Part shown: positions 18,993-29,168 of the stretch, piece by piece
How positions within the stretch are numbered: position 1 is the stretch's first letter
Layout: each line of letters begins with the position of its first letter
Source: Candidatus Nomurabacteria bacterium
Lineage (GTDB): Bacteria > Patescibacteriota > Minisyncoccia > Phycocordibacterales > UBA9973
Length of the DNA: 64,000 nucleotides
Assembly (NCBI GenBank): GCA_963842815.1
Contig: CAWJHU010000001.1
Span: forward strand, 94,497 to 158,496
Direction of reading: 5' to 3'
Position numbers and translations under genes: made by a program
The notes under the pieces: model-generated
What the model saw: the letters and a program-made list of their open reading frames with translations, nothing else
Database searches by the model: none
Told to the model about the DNA's origin: nothing

Positions 18993-21112
18993 ATTTTCAC
19001 ATCAATTACTCTAGTAGTATCATTCCCGAAAATATCGACTACTTTTACAGCCACTTTATAAGTTCCCTTAGGTAATTCTTTTGGAGTAGAAACTAATTCA
19101 AGATTTCTTTTCTTCTTGGTTCTAAATTCTTGCCATTCATTGTCAAAAACATAATCGCCAGTCCAAACTTCTTTCTCTTTGCCATCCTCAATAACTTTTA
19201 CAATTTCTTGTCTACTAGAAAAATCATAATCAACTGCCCAATAATCAATCCAATCACTCCATTTTTTAGTCAAAGTTTCTCTTTCCACAAGTTCAGTTTT
19301 CTTATCTTTACTTATCTTTATTACTTGACCATTTTCAACAACAACCTTTGAGCTTCCAGCCTTCAATCCCTCCTCTATTTCTCCAGTATTGTCTTGATTA
19401 TAGAAAACAGAGAAATCTGTTAACTCAATAGAAAGCTCTTTGTTATTTCCTTTACCTTTGATAATTGGCTTTATTTCAATAAACGCAACATCGTAGAATT
19501 TTACTTGTCCTTTTTCTACAGCTCTTTTATCAAACACTTCTCTAGGAATTATTTTGAAGGCAATATCAATTCCTTCATCTTTATATTCCTGGAAATCCAA
19601 ACCCATTTCGTAATCAAAACCAAGCACATCAATTTTGGTAATGCTCTTTTCTTTGCACTCTTTAACTATATCTTTTACTAACTCATGAGAAACAGGAGTA
19701 TTTATTGGACCAACGGCAATCAACCGATCTCTTTTCTTCCCAACAATATTTACAAATGATTCTACTGGTTCAGCTTTATAGGCAGAAATAATTAATTTAA
19801 TAAATTCTCTTTCTTTTCTTTCAGCTTGTTTAGCTTTTTGTTCTGCCCTTAAATCATTATTTAATTCAAGAAAACTTTCTCTTTCATATTTACCAACATT
19901 TAGGATTTCAAAAGCTCTAAAATTCTTACCTTCTTTTTTAAGTTCTCTTTGAACTCCAATAAGTCTCTTCCTTGAGGTATGAGTAGCAAATTTACCTAAA
20001 TCAGATCCAATCCACTTTCTATTGAGTTTTTCAGCAACAGCCATAGTTGTTCCAGAACCACAGAAAAAATCAGCAATTAAATCACCTTCGTTTGAAGATG
20101 CATTTATAATTCTCTCTAATAATTTTTCAGTTTTTTGTGTTGGATAACCTAATCTTTCCTGAGAAGTAGAAATCTGTTGAAACGACATAATATCACTCCA
20201 AACATCCCCAATTGCTTTACCTTTAGCAAGAGTTTCATCTAAATATCTTTTTTCTCCACGACCACCAAAATATCTTCTACCATCTTCATCAATTTTATCA
20301 AATCTATCTATATATTCTTTTCTATGTTCAGTTGATAATTTATTAAAAATAAAAGAATCTTTATTTTTTGAATAAAAAAGAATAGTATCGTGACCCCTTA
20401 TCCAATTTCTTGCAATACTCTTGTATCCACTTAAAACACTTATATCCCAAATTATTTCTCTTTGGAAATTATCTGCCCCAAAAAGCTCATCTAAAACTAA
20501 GCGAATATGGCTATTTACCCTGTGGTCACAATGAACATAAATACTTCCATCTTCTGCAAGTAAATCATACATCAATCTTAACCGTTCATAAATCATGGAA
20601 ATAAAACTATTTGCTCCATTACCCCAAGTATCACGAAAAGCAACCTCTTCTATTACTGAAGGTTTTTTAGTAAAACTTTCCTCTTCCTCACCATCACCAA
20701 TTTTTATATCCATAGAAAAATCTGCCCCAACATCAAAAGGTGGATCAATGTAAACAAGTTTAAGTCCTCCTTGTGCTTCTATCTCTTTTCTAAGTGGTCC
20801 GTTTTTAAGAGAAGAAAGGATAAGCTTGTTATCGCCCCAAATAAGTTTATTAGTCCAGCCAGTTACTTGTCTTCCAGACATATCAAAAAGAGAATCCTGT
20901 AATCCAATTTTATCTTCTCCTCTAGGCTCATCAATTTGTTCAATAGTTTGAAAAGGTAAAACGGTAGTCGTTACGTCATTTGTTTTACCATTCCAAACAA
21001 GCTCTACTTCTCTGTCATCCTTGAATAGCAAAAACCGATATTTATCTGGTAATGACTTACCAGCTTCTAAGAATTTTACTATATCTCGTTTTTCATTGTC
21101 AGATAGTTGCAT
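18989..21112 (-). CDS. mod: type III R-M DNA methyltransferase Mod subunit
   Basis: NKLIWGDN, YIDPPF, YPTQK, DFFCGSGTT, C-terminal AVKVVDIFGND. Confidence 0.93.
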   Translation of the reverse strand: MQLSDNEKRDIVKFLEAGKSLPDKYRFLLFKDDREVELVWNGKTNDVTTTVLPFQTIEQIDEPRGEDKIGLQDSLFDMSGRQVTGWTNKLIWGDNKLILSSLKNGPLRKEIEAQGGLKLVYIDPPFDVGADFSMDIKIGDGEEEESFTKKPSVIEEVAFRDTWGNGANSFISMIYERLRLMYDLLAEDGSIYVHCDHRVNSHIRLVLDELFGADNFQREIIWDISVLSGYKSIARNWIRGHDTILFYSKNKDSFIFNKLSTEHRKEYIDRFDKIDEDGRRYFGGRGEKRYLDETLAKGKAIGDVWSDIMSFQQISTSQERLGYPTQKTEKLLERIINASSNEGDLIADFFCGSGTTMAVAEKLNRKWIGSDLGKFATHTSRKRLIGVQRELKKEGKNFRAFEILNVGKYERESFLELNNDLRAEQKAKQAERKEREFIKLIISAYKAEPVESFVNIVGKKRDRLIAVGPINTPVSHELVKDIVKECKEKSITKIDVLGFDYEMGLDFQEYKDEGIDIAFKIIPREVFDKRAVEKGQVKFYDVAFIEIKPIIKGKGNNKELSIELTDFSVFYNQDNTGEIEEGLKAGSSKVVVENGQVIKISKDKKTELVERETLTKKWSDWIDYWAVDYDFSSRQEIVKVIEDGKEKEVWTGDYVFDNEWQEFRTKKKRNLELVSTPKELPKGTYKVAVKVVDIFGNDTTRVIDVKI

Positions 21113-21116
21113 ATAA

Positions 21117-21512
21117 TTATCTAGAACTTGGTGGAGATCTTTTTATAAACATTGGACGATAATTGGGGTCAATTTGTACACTTTTATTTTTACATAAAGG
21201 GCAATCAAAAAAGGCAGGATTTCCACACGGTTGCATTCTTATGGTCTTTTTATTATCATCCCAACAACTAGAACAAAGTGGACCATCTTTCTTGCCATCC
21301 TTAATAATCCAGTATGCATTATTCTCGTAAGCTAGGCTCTCTTTCGTTTCTAATTTTTCTTTTAAAACTCGATTTTCTGTATCTAGCTCAGAAATTTTAT
21401 TCTGCATTTCTAAGAGTTTTTCCTGTATACCCAAAATTTGCTCATATTGTGGGATTTTGTCTGCTTCTCTAAGAGTTCCTGCTATGGATTTTAGTTCGTC
21501 AAAAATTACCAT
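21117..21512 (-). CDS. coiled-coil + zinc-ribbon hypothetical protein
   Basis: Heptad coiled coil followed by GPLCSSCWD...CPLC. Confidence 0.7.
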   Translation of the reverse strand: MVIFDELKSIAGTLREADKIPQYEQILGIQEKLLEMQNKISELDTENRVLKEKLETKESLAYENNAYWIIKDGKKDGPLCSSCWDDNKKTIRMQPCGNPAFFDCPLCKNKSVQIDPNYRPMFIKRSPPSSR

Positions 21513-21636
21513 AATATTTTTATCCTAGCACTTTTTGACCTAAAAATAAAGGAGTTTTTGATGAAATTAGTTACCAACATTTTACCAACTTACCCCTCCT
21601 AGACTCTCAGGCGGGGTTGCGTCATTCCTTAGGTAT

Positions 21637-22956
21637 ATGAATACATCACAAATGCCAGTTGGAGCTATGGCGAGAGAAATACAAGCCCCAGTAAAGGTGA
21701 AATATTGCCTTTATGCTAGAAAATCTACGGAAAGTGAGGAGGCTCAAATACTTTCCATAGATAGCCAGATTAAAGAAATGTTACAGATGGCGGAACGCGA
21801 TCACCTTGAGGTAATAGAAATAAAAAAAGAATCACACTCGGCGAAGGAAGCCGGACAGCGGCCAGTTTTTAATGAAATTGTTGATGAGATCAAACAAAAG
21901 AAATTCAATGGAATCCTAACATGGAACGCAGATCGTATTTCCAGAAACGCTGGAGATCTTGGAAGAATTGTAGACTTGATGGACGCAGGAATATTACACG
22001 AGATACGTACCTTTGGGCAGAAATTTTCAAACAGTCCGAATGAGAAATTTCTGCTGATGATTTTAGGGTCACAAGCTAAATTAGAGAATGATAACAAAGT
22101 AGTAAATGTTAAAAGAGGACTCCGAGCAAGATGTGAAATGGGTCTCTGGCCATGCACTGCCCCGACTGGATATCTCAGCAGTAAAAACACCGACAAACGA
22201 TGTCATGTTGAAATTGACCCACATCGGGCGCCGATTATCAAAAAAATGTTTGAGAAAGTGGCATATGAAAAATGTAGCGGGCGAAGATTGCACGCATGGT
22301 TAAAAGATGAAATGAAATTTAAGACTAGGAACGGAAAAATTTTCAGCATCAGCAATATTTACATAACTCTCAGAAATACTTTCTACTACGGCAGTTTTGA
22401 ATATCCAAAGGGTGGCGGGCAATGGTACACCGGCAAGCATACGCCAATAATTTCTAAAGAATTATTTGATAAGGTACAAGAACAAATGATGGAGTACACA
22501 AGGAATAGTGAACACAAAGAATTTGCCTTTACTAAATTAATGACCTGCGGACTGTGTGGATCGGGCATAACGGCTGATGAGAAATTCAAAAAACAAAACA
22601 ATGGAAATGTGCATCGGTATGTTTACTACGGATGTTGCAGATTCCAGGACAAAAATTGTAAATCGGGTTACATGCGAGAAGAAGATTTGATTGAGCAACT
22701 TGCAGGACTGATGGATGAAATTGACCTTGATGAGATCGGGATGAAGCAGAAGATTAAAGACGAAATTGAGCGACATAAGAGATTCAATATAGGCATACTC
22801 GGACTAAAAGAAGCAACCGTCAAAGTTGCAGATGTTGATATACGAAATTATGCTAAACATGTTCTGCGAGGTGGTAGCCTGGAAGAGAAACGAGAATTGC
22901 TGACTTGTTTAAGAAGTAAAGTGGTTATGAATAATAAAGAAGTAAGAATTAGTTAA
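21637..22956 (+). CDS. large serine recombinase (integrase)
   Basis: YARKSTE catalytic Ser, DRISRN, recombinase domain, CGLCG..YYGC zinc ribbon. Confidence 0.95.
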   Translation: MNTSQMPVGAMAREIQAPVKVKYCLYARKSTESEEAQILSIDSQIKEMLQMAERDHLEVIEIKKESHSAKEAGQRPVFNEIVDEIKQKKFNGILTWNADRISRNAGDLGRIVDLMDAGILHEIRTFGQKFSNSPNEKFLLMILGSQAKLENDNKVVNVKRGLRARCEMGLWPCTAPTGYLSSKNTDKRCHVEIDPHRAPIIKKMFEKVAYEKCSGRRLHAWLKDEMKFKTRNGKIFSISNIYITLRNTFYYGSFEYPKGGGQWYTGKHTPIISKELFDKVQEQMMEYTRNSEHKEFAFTKLMTCGLCGSGITADEKFKKQNNGNVHRYVYYGCCRFQDKNCKSGYMREEDLIEQLAGLMDEIDLDEIGMKQKIKDEIERHKRFNIGILGLKEATVKVADVDIRNYAKHVLRGGSLEEKRELLTCLRSKVVMNNKEVRIS

Positions 22957-22972
22957 AAGTATCTGGGCTTTT

Positions 22973-24472
22973 TTGTCATTCCTGCTACAATGCGCTAATA
23001 ACCTGATGAAAATACAAGATGTAAAAATTGGAAGAAACGACCCTTGTCCATGCGGCGAACTTAAACCAGATGGAAAGCCAAAGAAGTATAAAAACTGTTG
23101 CTTAAATAAGGAAACGCCTAATAAAAAGAAAATGGTTAAAATGACGATTAGTAGAAGAGATTTCATATCTGGACCATATAAACAGTGCCCAAAATGCCTA
23201 AGGAAGAGCTCATTTGGGGTCTTTATACCAACCTCTGGTACACATAGCTATTCTAGAGAGTGTGTTGAGTGCGGACACAAACAAGGATACCCATTGCCGA
23301 AAATAAAAAAGAAGATTTTATATTTAGATCAATTTGTAATAAGCAATTTAATTAAATTTCTGGATAAAGATCACCCAAGTCACGAAAAAATTAAAAAGGA
23401 TCCTTTTTGGAAAGAATTATTTATAAAACTGGAAGCTGCTTCAAAATCACAAGCAATCGTTTGCCCGGACAGTTTTTATCACCGAGACGAATCGCTTGTC
23501 GGATCCACTGATTTTAAACTAATGAAAAGACTCTATGAGCATTTTTCAAGCGGAAAAACTCTTCATTCTGGTAACGAGATACAACGAATGCAAATTTATG
23601 AACACTTTGAGAAGTGGTTGCAGGGACAAAAGGCAAAATTTAATTCTGATCCAAAATATATATCTTCAGAAGATTTAGACACTTGGTCGGTAGGATTGCA
23701 TATAACAGTAAATATGCGCCCATTCCCCGGAGAAGTAGATAACCTTCGAGCTACAAACACTAGCACAAGAGAACAACTAAAGAATATATGGTCTATGTGG
23801 CAATCAGAAAAAGATTTCAAATTTACAAATAAAGTAAAAGAAGAAACTCTAGGATTGGGGAAAGGGCTGATAAGCGTAGCTCAAAAATTCCAGCAGAAAA
23901 GAGCTGACGCAATGAAAAAAATGGAATCTGGTGAAGACTATACTCTTGATCTTAACGATATTTTACCACCTGAATCTAACGGAATTCTTGATGATTTATT
24001 AAGACTTTCCAGAACGCATGGTATTTCTGAAGAAAATCTCTTAGGTACTATTATAAAATACTTCAACGATGTTGATGCCCTTTTAGAAATACCTAAAATC
24101 CGTATAAGCTCAGTGATGTTTGCGGGTTTAGCCAGAAGAGCCCAAATGGGTAAGAAAGAACCCCCAAAATCTTTTACGGATGTTGAGTTCATATCAAGCT
24201 ATTTACCATACTGTGATGCAATGTTTGTAGATATAGAATCCGCAACGATTTTAAAAGAACCTCCCAAAGAAATACCATTAAACTTAAAACTAAAAGAATT
24301 CCCAGCAAAAATATTTTCGCTAAATCAAAAGAAAGAATTTTTAGATTACCTTGACCAACTAGTTAAAAAAATTCCAGCGGAGCAAATGGAAATTTTGAAA
24401 GACGTAACCGGCGACAACCATGACAAGCCCTATTGGGATATTATTGAACACGAAAAGAGAGAAAGAGACTAA
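22973..24472 (+). CDS. SEC-C motif + Zn-finger + PIN-like domain protein
   Basis: KIGRNDPCPCG..KKYKNCC; ILYLDQFVIS; DVEFISSYLPYCDAMFVD; likely start 23006. Confidence 0.7.
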   Translation: MSFLLQCANNLMKIQDVKIGRNDPCPCGELKPDGKPKKYKNCCLNKETPNKKKMVKMTISRRDFISGPYKQCPKCLRKSSFGVFIPTSGTHSYSRECVECGHKQGYPLPKIKKKILYLDQFVISNLIKFLDKDHPSHEKIKKDPFWKELFIKLEAASKSQAIVCPDSFYHRDESLVGSTDFKLMKRLYEHFSSGKTLHSGNEIQRMQIYEHFEKWLQGQKAKFNSDPKYISSEDLDTWSVGLHITVNMRPFPGEVDNLRATNTSTREQLKNIWSMWQSEKDFKFTNKVKEETLGLGKGLISVAQKFQQKRADAMKKMESGEDYTLDLNDILPPESNGILDDLLRLSRTHGISEENLLGTIIKYFNDVDALLEIPKIRISSVMFAGLARRAQMGKKEPPKSFTDVEFISSYLPYCDAMFVDIESATILKEPPKEIPLNLKLKEFPAKIFSLNQKKEFLDYLDQLVKKIPAEQMEILKDVTGDNHDKPYWDIIEHEKRERD

Positions 24473-24529
24473 TTCTTTTTTTACAATTAAAAAACACTTT
24501 TAAGCCTCTCGGTCGGTCTCACTAACGTG

Positions 24530-24601
24530 TGCCCCTGGTAGGAATCGAACCTACATCGACGGCTTAGAAGTCCGCAGTTCTATCCATTGAACTACAGGGG
24601 C
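24530..24601 (-). tRNA. tRNA-Arg(UCU)
   Basis: GCCCCTG...CT TCT AA...GGTTCGATTCC...CAGGGGC A; CCA not encoded. Confidence 0.95.
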
Positions 24602-24602
24602 C

Positions 24603-24678
24603 TGGTGCGCGGTAAGGGACTCGAACCCCTGACCTTCCCGGTGTAAACGGGTTGCTCTACCAACTGAGCTAACCGCGC
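24603..24678 (-). tRNA. tRNA-Val(UAC)
   Basis: GCGCGGT...TT TAC AC...GGTTCGAGTCC...ACCGCGC ACCA. Confidence 0.95.
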
Positions 24679-24699
24679 AATAAACTAAAATTAGCATCT

Positions 24700-25005
24700 T
24701 TACAACGACGGGTCAACGATGGGCGAAGGAGAATTTAATATCTCAGTGGATTTTTTTTCACGTTCTATAAAATATTCCAGCACTTTATCAATTCTTTCTT
24801 TCTTTATCATATCTTGTCCGCTGATATTCGCGACTGGAGAAACAGGTTCTTTATTTATTTCCATAAAAAGATACAGGCCAAAAGCAAAAGCAAAAAGAAT
24901 CAGGATAAAAGTTGCGGAAAGAATATATTTCCAATAAAGATCGGGTTTAATCCAGGTGCCTCCTTTTCTAAATTTTTTCTTCTTTTTTAAAAATTTTATT
25001 TCCAT
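24700..25005 (-). CDS. single-TM hypothetical protein (pil operon)
   Basis: One TM helix; last gene of the pilMNO cluster. Confidence 0.7.
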   Translation of the reverse strand: MEIKFLKKKKKFRKGGTWIKPDLYWKYILSATFILILFAFAFGLYLFMEINKEPVSPVANISGQDMIKKERIDKVLEYFIEREKKSTEILNSPSPIVDPSL

Positions 25006-25015
25006 ATTTATTAAT

Positions 25016-25567
25016 TTACTGATTTAAAAAACTCAAAAGATTTATTTGAAAAGTCGCCGTCCATTGCGGAACTTTAGTTTTGCTATTTTTCCCGGCAGAG
25101 GAATCTCCCCCGTTGGCATTCTGAATATCCACCGAAACAAATTCAAGGTCGTAGGGAGAATTTTCCAAAAGGGTTATTAATTTATAAATAACACCAAAAC
25201 TTCCCATTGTTTTCATTTCAACCATAAGCGAAGAATTATCCTTGGCGGGTCCAACGGAAGTAACTTCAGCGACAATTCCCACTTCCTTGGCTAATTTTTC
25301 AATGGTGTCCAGGAAAGGCACAACATCGGAATTTTTTACAAAATGTGTTTCCAATAGGGCTCTTTCGGGCTCTATCACTTTGATGGAATTGGCCAAAGAT
25401 ATTGTATTTTCCCTCTGCGCATTTTCTATCTGCCATTTTTCCTGCGCCAGTTGGGACACTTCTTTAATACTTCTTATATTCGTATATAAAAAGATAAAAG
25501 CAAAACAGGAAAAAACAAAAAGTATTATTGAGAAAATCAGCGCCTTTTTTTGAAAAATAAATTTCAT
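25016..25567 (-). CDS. PilO-like protein
   Basis: TM + coiled coil + FLDTIEKLA..GSF..LENSPY; follows pilM/pilN. Confidence 0.65.
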   Translation of the reverse strand: MKFIFQKKALIFSIILFVFSCFAFIFLYTNIRSIKEVSQLAQEKWQIENAQRENTISLANSIKVIEPERALLETHFVKNSDVVPFLDTIEKLAKEVGIVAEVTSVGPAKDNSSLMVEMKTMGSFGVIYKLITLLENSPYDLEFVSVDIQNANGGDSSAGKNSKTKVPQWTATFQINLLSFLNQ

Positions 25568-25568
25568 A

Positions 25569-26117
25569 TTATGATGGAATTAGGCTTAAATTAAATTTAA
25601 TGTTGGACCCCTGCACAAAATTTGAAATCGGCAAATCCACTTTGGAAAAAGCAGTATCGTCTTCAAGCGCCTGGCGGAATAAAAGCAGAGCTTCGCGGTT
25701 GGGCGCTATACCATGAACATTTATGGTTTCCCCCGTTTGTAAATCCTTTTGGTAGGAAATCCCCACAATTTTAATTTGAGGTGTTTTTTTGAGAATAATT
25801 TCATTTATCACTCTTTGGGAAAAAGTTAATTCATTTTTTTGCGCATTTTCAATCAGAGTCAATTTATTTTTTAAATCTTTAATGACTGTTAAGGTTTTTT
25901 GGTCGGGCAAGATATTGGATTCACTCGCCTGGGATTTTAATTCCGTATTGATGGAATTTTCTTCCGCCGAAGAAATAAAATAGGATGGCAAAATGGCTAT
26001 GGAGGCAATCCACAGAGAAACACTGAGCATTATAAAAACCACCGTGGTAAGTCTAAAATAAAAATCTTTAGACATTTTCTTCTTATCTTCATTTGGAATT
26101 AAATTAATCATGTTCAA
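25569..26117 (-). CDS. PilN-like protein
   Basis: N-terminal INLIP motif, TM, G.A..R..L..F...L pattern. Confidence 0.75.
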   Translation of the reverse strand: MNMINLIPNEDKKKMSKDFYFRLTTVVFIMLSVSLWIASIAILPSYFISSAEENSINTELKSQASESNILPDQKTLTVIKDLKNKLTLIENAQKNELTFSQRVINEIILKKTPQIKIVGISYQKDLQTGETINVHGIAPNREALLLFRQALEDDTAFSKVDLPISNFVQGSNIKFNLSLIPS

Positions 26118-27201
26118 AATCCCTCAGGGCAAGCCCCAAAGTGGTGGCAAAGGCCAATGATTGGTTAAATTTCATTTCCGGGGTATGTTTTTCCGTTTCT
26201 GTTATATTTATCCAGACATTGGCCACCTCTACTCCAATTTTCATGCTGGTGGAAAGATATTCCGGAAGCCCTATTAAATTGGAATCGCCACCGCAGAGAA
26301 TTATTTTTTTAATGGGTGGCCTGTCTTTCCCTTCTTCATCTTTGTGGGTATGCCAATATAAAAAATGTTTCATCACTTCATCCCGCAAAACGGAAATACC
26401 ACTTAAAAGCAAGGAGGAAGTTTCAGCACTGCAGGTATTATTTTTCAGTCCACACTCTATTTTCTTTTTTTCCGCTTCTTCAAAAGTTATTTTTAAATCT
26501 TTTTCAAGCATGTTGGTAAGCATCACTCCGCCCATGTCCAAAGTGGAAGTAAATATAACGATGCCATCAGATACGATAAAAATACCTGTGCGTTTTTTCC
26601 CAAAATCCACTATCATGTAGGTTCCCGGGTCGCCCCTTTTTACAACTGCCCGAACAATAGCCTGGGCTTCCAGTTCAAACGATTTGGCGGATATCATGGA
26701 ATTTTTAAAAATAGAAAGATAGCCTTCAATCACATTTTTGGGAATGGCGGCCACCTGCAGTCTTAAATTTTGCTCATCTTCGCTCAATAATTCGTAATCA
26801 AATATCGTATCCTGGGCTGAAATGGGTATATATTCTTCAAGAGAAAGTTCTATGGCCTCCCGAACATTTTCCAATCCCGGCTTCCCCAATTTAAGATTAA
26901 AAAGATATACCTGTTCCTCCGGCAGAGAAACGCGGACAGACCTCAATCCCTCTTCTTTCCGGAGCAGTGTTAGAATTTCTTCCATTTTCTTGGAATCCTT
27001 AATCTTGCCGGATTCAATAATCCCCGGCGGAATTTTTTTCTCTCCAAAACGGTTTAACCGGATGCTGTTTTTTGTTTTAACAAGTTCTATAAATTTAATG
27101 GACTCGTCCGAAATGTCCAGACCGAAAGAGGGCAATACGAGAAATTTAGGCGTTGGGAAAAATCTTTTTAATACGTTTCTGAACATTCTAATATTATACA
27201 A
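26104..27201 (-). CDS. pilM: type IV pilus assembly protein PilM
   Basis: FGLDISDESIK, IVDFGKKRT, ILCGGDSNLIGL, LGLALR actin-like fold. Confidence 0.9.
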   Translation of the reverse strand: MYNIRMFRNVLKRFFPTPKFLVLPSFGLDISDESIKFIELVKTKNSIRLNRFGEKKIPPGIIESGKIKDSKKMEEILTLLRKEEGLRSVRVSLPEEQVYLFNLKLGKPGLENVREAIELSLEEYIPISAQDTIFDYELLSEDEQNLRLQVAAIPKNVIEGYLSIFKNSMISAKSFELEAQAIVRAVVKRGDPGTYMIVDFGKKRTGIFIVSDGIVIFTSTLDMGGVMLTNMLEKDLKITFEEAEKKKIECGLKNNTCSAETSSLLLSGISVLRDEVMKHFLYWHTHKDEEGKDRPPIKKIILCGGDSNLIGLPEYLSTSMKIGVEVANVWINITETEKHTPEMKFNQSLAFATTLGLALRDFEHD

Positions 27202-27226
27202 TATCTTCTATGTTCCTGCTATTGTT

Positions 27227-27556
27227 TTATCTCGCCTTGGCCCCGGCTGGAATTTCATTGTTCGGCTCCAGAAGAGAAAATTTGCCGTCTTCGGTGGAAA
27301 CCGCCAAAATCATTCCTTGGCTTTCAATCCCACGTATTATTCTCGGTTCCAAGTTGGCCACAAACATGCATTTTTTGCCAACCAAAACGCTGCAATCCGG
27401 AAAATACAACGAAATACCTGAAACTATTTGCCTCGGTTTTTCTTCTCCCAAATCAACGGACAATTTCAAAAGTTTATCTGTCTCAGGAATTTTTTCCGCG
27501 GATAAAATTTTACCCGTCGCAATCTCAATTTTTTTAAAATCTTCAATGGAAATCAT
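27227..27556 (-). CDS. stand-alone tRNA-binding domain (MetG C-terminal/Trbp111/CsaA-like)
   Basis: ISIEDFKK..DKLLKLSVDLG..RQIVSGI..NLEPR..GIESQGMIL. Confidence 0.9.
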   Translation of the reverse strand: MISIEDFKKIEIATGKILSAEKIPETDKLLKLSVDLGEEKPRQIVSGISLYFPDCSVLVGKKCMFVANLEPRIIRGIESQGMILAVSTEDGKFSLLEPNNEIPAGAKAR

Positions 27557-27557
27557 A

Positions 27558-28001
27558 TTATTTTTTTATATTATTTATTTTATCCAAATATCTTTGCAAA
27601 ATCAACGCCGCCGCCGAGGCATCTATGCGTCCGCTTTTAATTTGCTTTAATTTGCTGTGCGCCTGTGATTGACTTAAGTTTTTTTTAGTATCTCTGGAAT
27701 TACGAGCCTCCACCGAGGTTAAAAATTCTTTCTGCTTATGAACCGGCAGTTCAAATTTATTTTGAAGTTCCTTTATAAAAATTTCAATCCTGGCCGATAA
27801 AACATTTAATTTGCCGGAAAAATCAACCGACTCTCCCACCACAATTTCCGAGATATTTTCTGTTTTTATAATTTCCCCGATTTTTTTAAAACTATTCGGG
27901 TCATTGGCTACAATTTCTTTCGGAAAAGCCAACATACTCTCCTCGTCCGAGATAGCTATGCCGATTCTTTTTGTCCCATAATCAATGCCTAAAAACTTCA
28001 T
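27558..28001 (-). CDS. ruvX: YqgF/RuvX family RNase H-fold nuclease
   Basis: LGIDYGTKRIGIAISD, EFLTSVEA, IDASAAALILQRYL. Confidence 0.93.
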   Translation of the reverse strand: MKFLGIDYGTKRIGIAISDEESMLAFPKEIVANDPNSFKKIGEIIKTENISEIVVGESVDFSGKLNVLSARIEIFIKELQNKFELPVHKQKEFLTSVEARNSRDTKKNLSQSQAHSKLKQIKSGRIDASAAALILQRYLDKINNIKK

Positions 28002-28047
28002 ACATTGATACTAGCATAAAATTTTACTTCTGGTATAATATATCATT

Positions 28048-28311
28048 ATGAATCAATATAATTTGTTTTTGGCGGGTAATAGCTGGGTACTTATTCCTAT
28101 TATGTTATGGGTCTTGTTTTGGAAAGGCTGTTCTTTGTGGATAGCCGGCAAAAGAGACCAGAAATGGTGGTTTGCAGCGCTTCTTGTGTTTAACACCGTT
28201 GGCATCTTAGAAATCGTGTATATTTTCTTCGTAGCCAAAAAGAAATGGAGCGACATAAAAGAACTCTTTGCTAAAAAAGCACCAGTTCAAAATCCACCAA
28301 TGAATCAATAA
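28048..28311 (+). CDS. DUF5652-like small membrane protein
   Basis: WKG.SLW.A....QK.WF...NTVGILEI.YI pattern. Confidence 0.8.
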   Translation: MNQYNLFLAGNSWVLIPIMLWVLFWKGCSLWIAGKRDQKWWFAALLVFNTVGILEIVYIFFVAKKKWSDIKELFAKKAPVQNPPMNQ

Positions 28312-28315
28312 TCTA

Positions 28316-28339
28316 AAAGCCTCCACAAGGGGGCTTTTT
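28316..28339 (+). terminator. intrinsic terminator
   Basis: aaaagcctcc-acaa-gggggctttt. Confidence 0.7.
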
Positions 28340-28388
28340 AGTTTCCAAAACTTGTAAAAACTCTTATAATAAAGTAGGGTTATGAAAC

Positions 28389-28470
28389 GGAGGGTTCGCC
28401 TAATGGTATGGCAATAGTCTTGAAAACTATCGGGAGCAATCCTTTAGAGGTTCGACTCCTCTACCCTCCG
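28389..28470 (+). tRNA. tRNA-Ser(UGA)
   Basis: GGAGGGT...CT TGA AA, long variable arm, GGTTCGACTCC...ACCCTCC G. Confidence 0.95.
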
Positions 28471-28551
28471 CAAGCGAAAAACATTATCAAGGACGATATG
28501 GTATAATTCTTAGAGTCTAATATTTTATTAACTTAACCTAACTATAAAAAT

Positions 28552-28713
28552 ATGATAAAAGGAAACTTTCTTGGTGCGGCGATTGTTGCGATAATTTACA
28601 CGATTTATATTTTAATGAATCCTGGCGCAATGCATTCAAAAACAGCATTTGTATTGGCATTAGTGATTTTGAATGCTTTGACTATCGTGTTGCTGGCTTT
28701 TGCATTCAAATGA
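28552..28713 (+). CDS. 53-aa two-TM membrane peptide
   Basis: Manual translation MIKGNFLGAAIVAIIYTIYILMNPG...LLAFAFK; TATAAT upstream. Confidence 0.6.
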   Translation: MIKGNFLGAAIVAIIYTIYILMNPGAMHSKTAFVLALVILNALTIVLLAFAFK

Positions 28714-28761
28714 CAGATATTTTCAAACAGATATCGCAAATAAATTTGATATAATACAAAC

Positions 28762-29055
28762 ATGAATGAATTTTTAAAGAACAAACAGGAGGACTTGGGG
28801 GCTTTTCACGCCGAAATAGCCATGTTAAAAAAGTTGGAGGAAAGAGAAAATGTAGCCCATCTTCAGAAATGCAATCCAGCCGAATTGGGAGAAGAAGATA
28901 AAAAAATTTATGAAAAATTAAAATCAGGCAGTTTGACCAAAGAAGAATTGTGGAAACACCGGGACGAAGTGTTGGAATCCGGCAATGAAAGTCGGGATGC
29001 CTTGGCTTCCTATGCGGCAAATAAAATTATGATAAAAAATATTTTAAAGAAATAA
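28762..29055 (+). CDS. hypothetical protein
   Basis: 97 aa ORF with host-like codon usage and TATAAT upstream. Confidence 0.65.
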   Translation: MNEFLKNKQEDLGAFHAEIAMLKKLEERENVAHLQKCNPAELGEEDKKIYEKLKSGSLTKEELWKHRDEVLESGNESRDALASYAANKIMIKNILKK

Positions 29056-29118
29056 TTATGAAATTTTTATTATCCATAAATTATATTGTTTGGTTTGAAT
29101 ATAAAAAAATAATAAATA

Positions 29119-29150
29119 AAAAAGACAGACGTACGGCGTCTGTCTTTTTT
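29119..29150. terminator. bidirectional intrinsic terminator
   Basis: aaaaagacagacg-tacgg-cgtctgtctttttt. Confidence 0.75.
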
Positions 29151-29168
29151 ATTTTAAACTAAATTAAA

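Larger units (their letters stand above)
7093..24535. mobile_element. Defence genomic island integrated at the 3' end of tRNA-Arg(UCU)
   Basis: TGTGCCCC at 7093-7100 duplicates the tRNA 3' end at 24528-24535; large serine recombinase inside; defence cargo; more AT-rich codon usage than flanks. Confidence 0.8.

Noticed and set aside
18989-21112. Phase-variable type III mod (phasevarion)
   Set aside because: No simple-sequence repeat tract seen in mod
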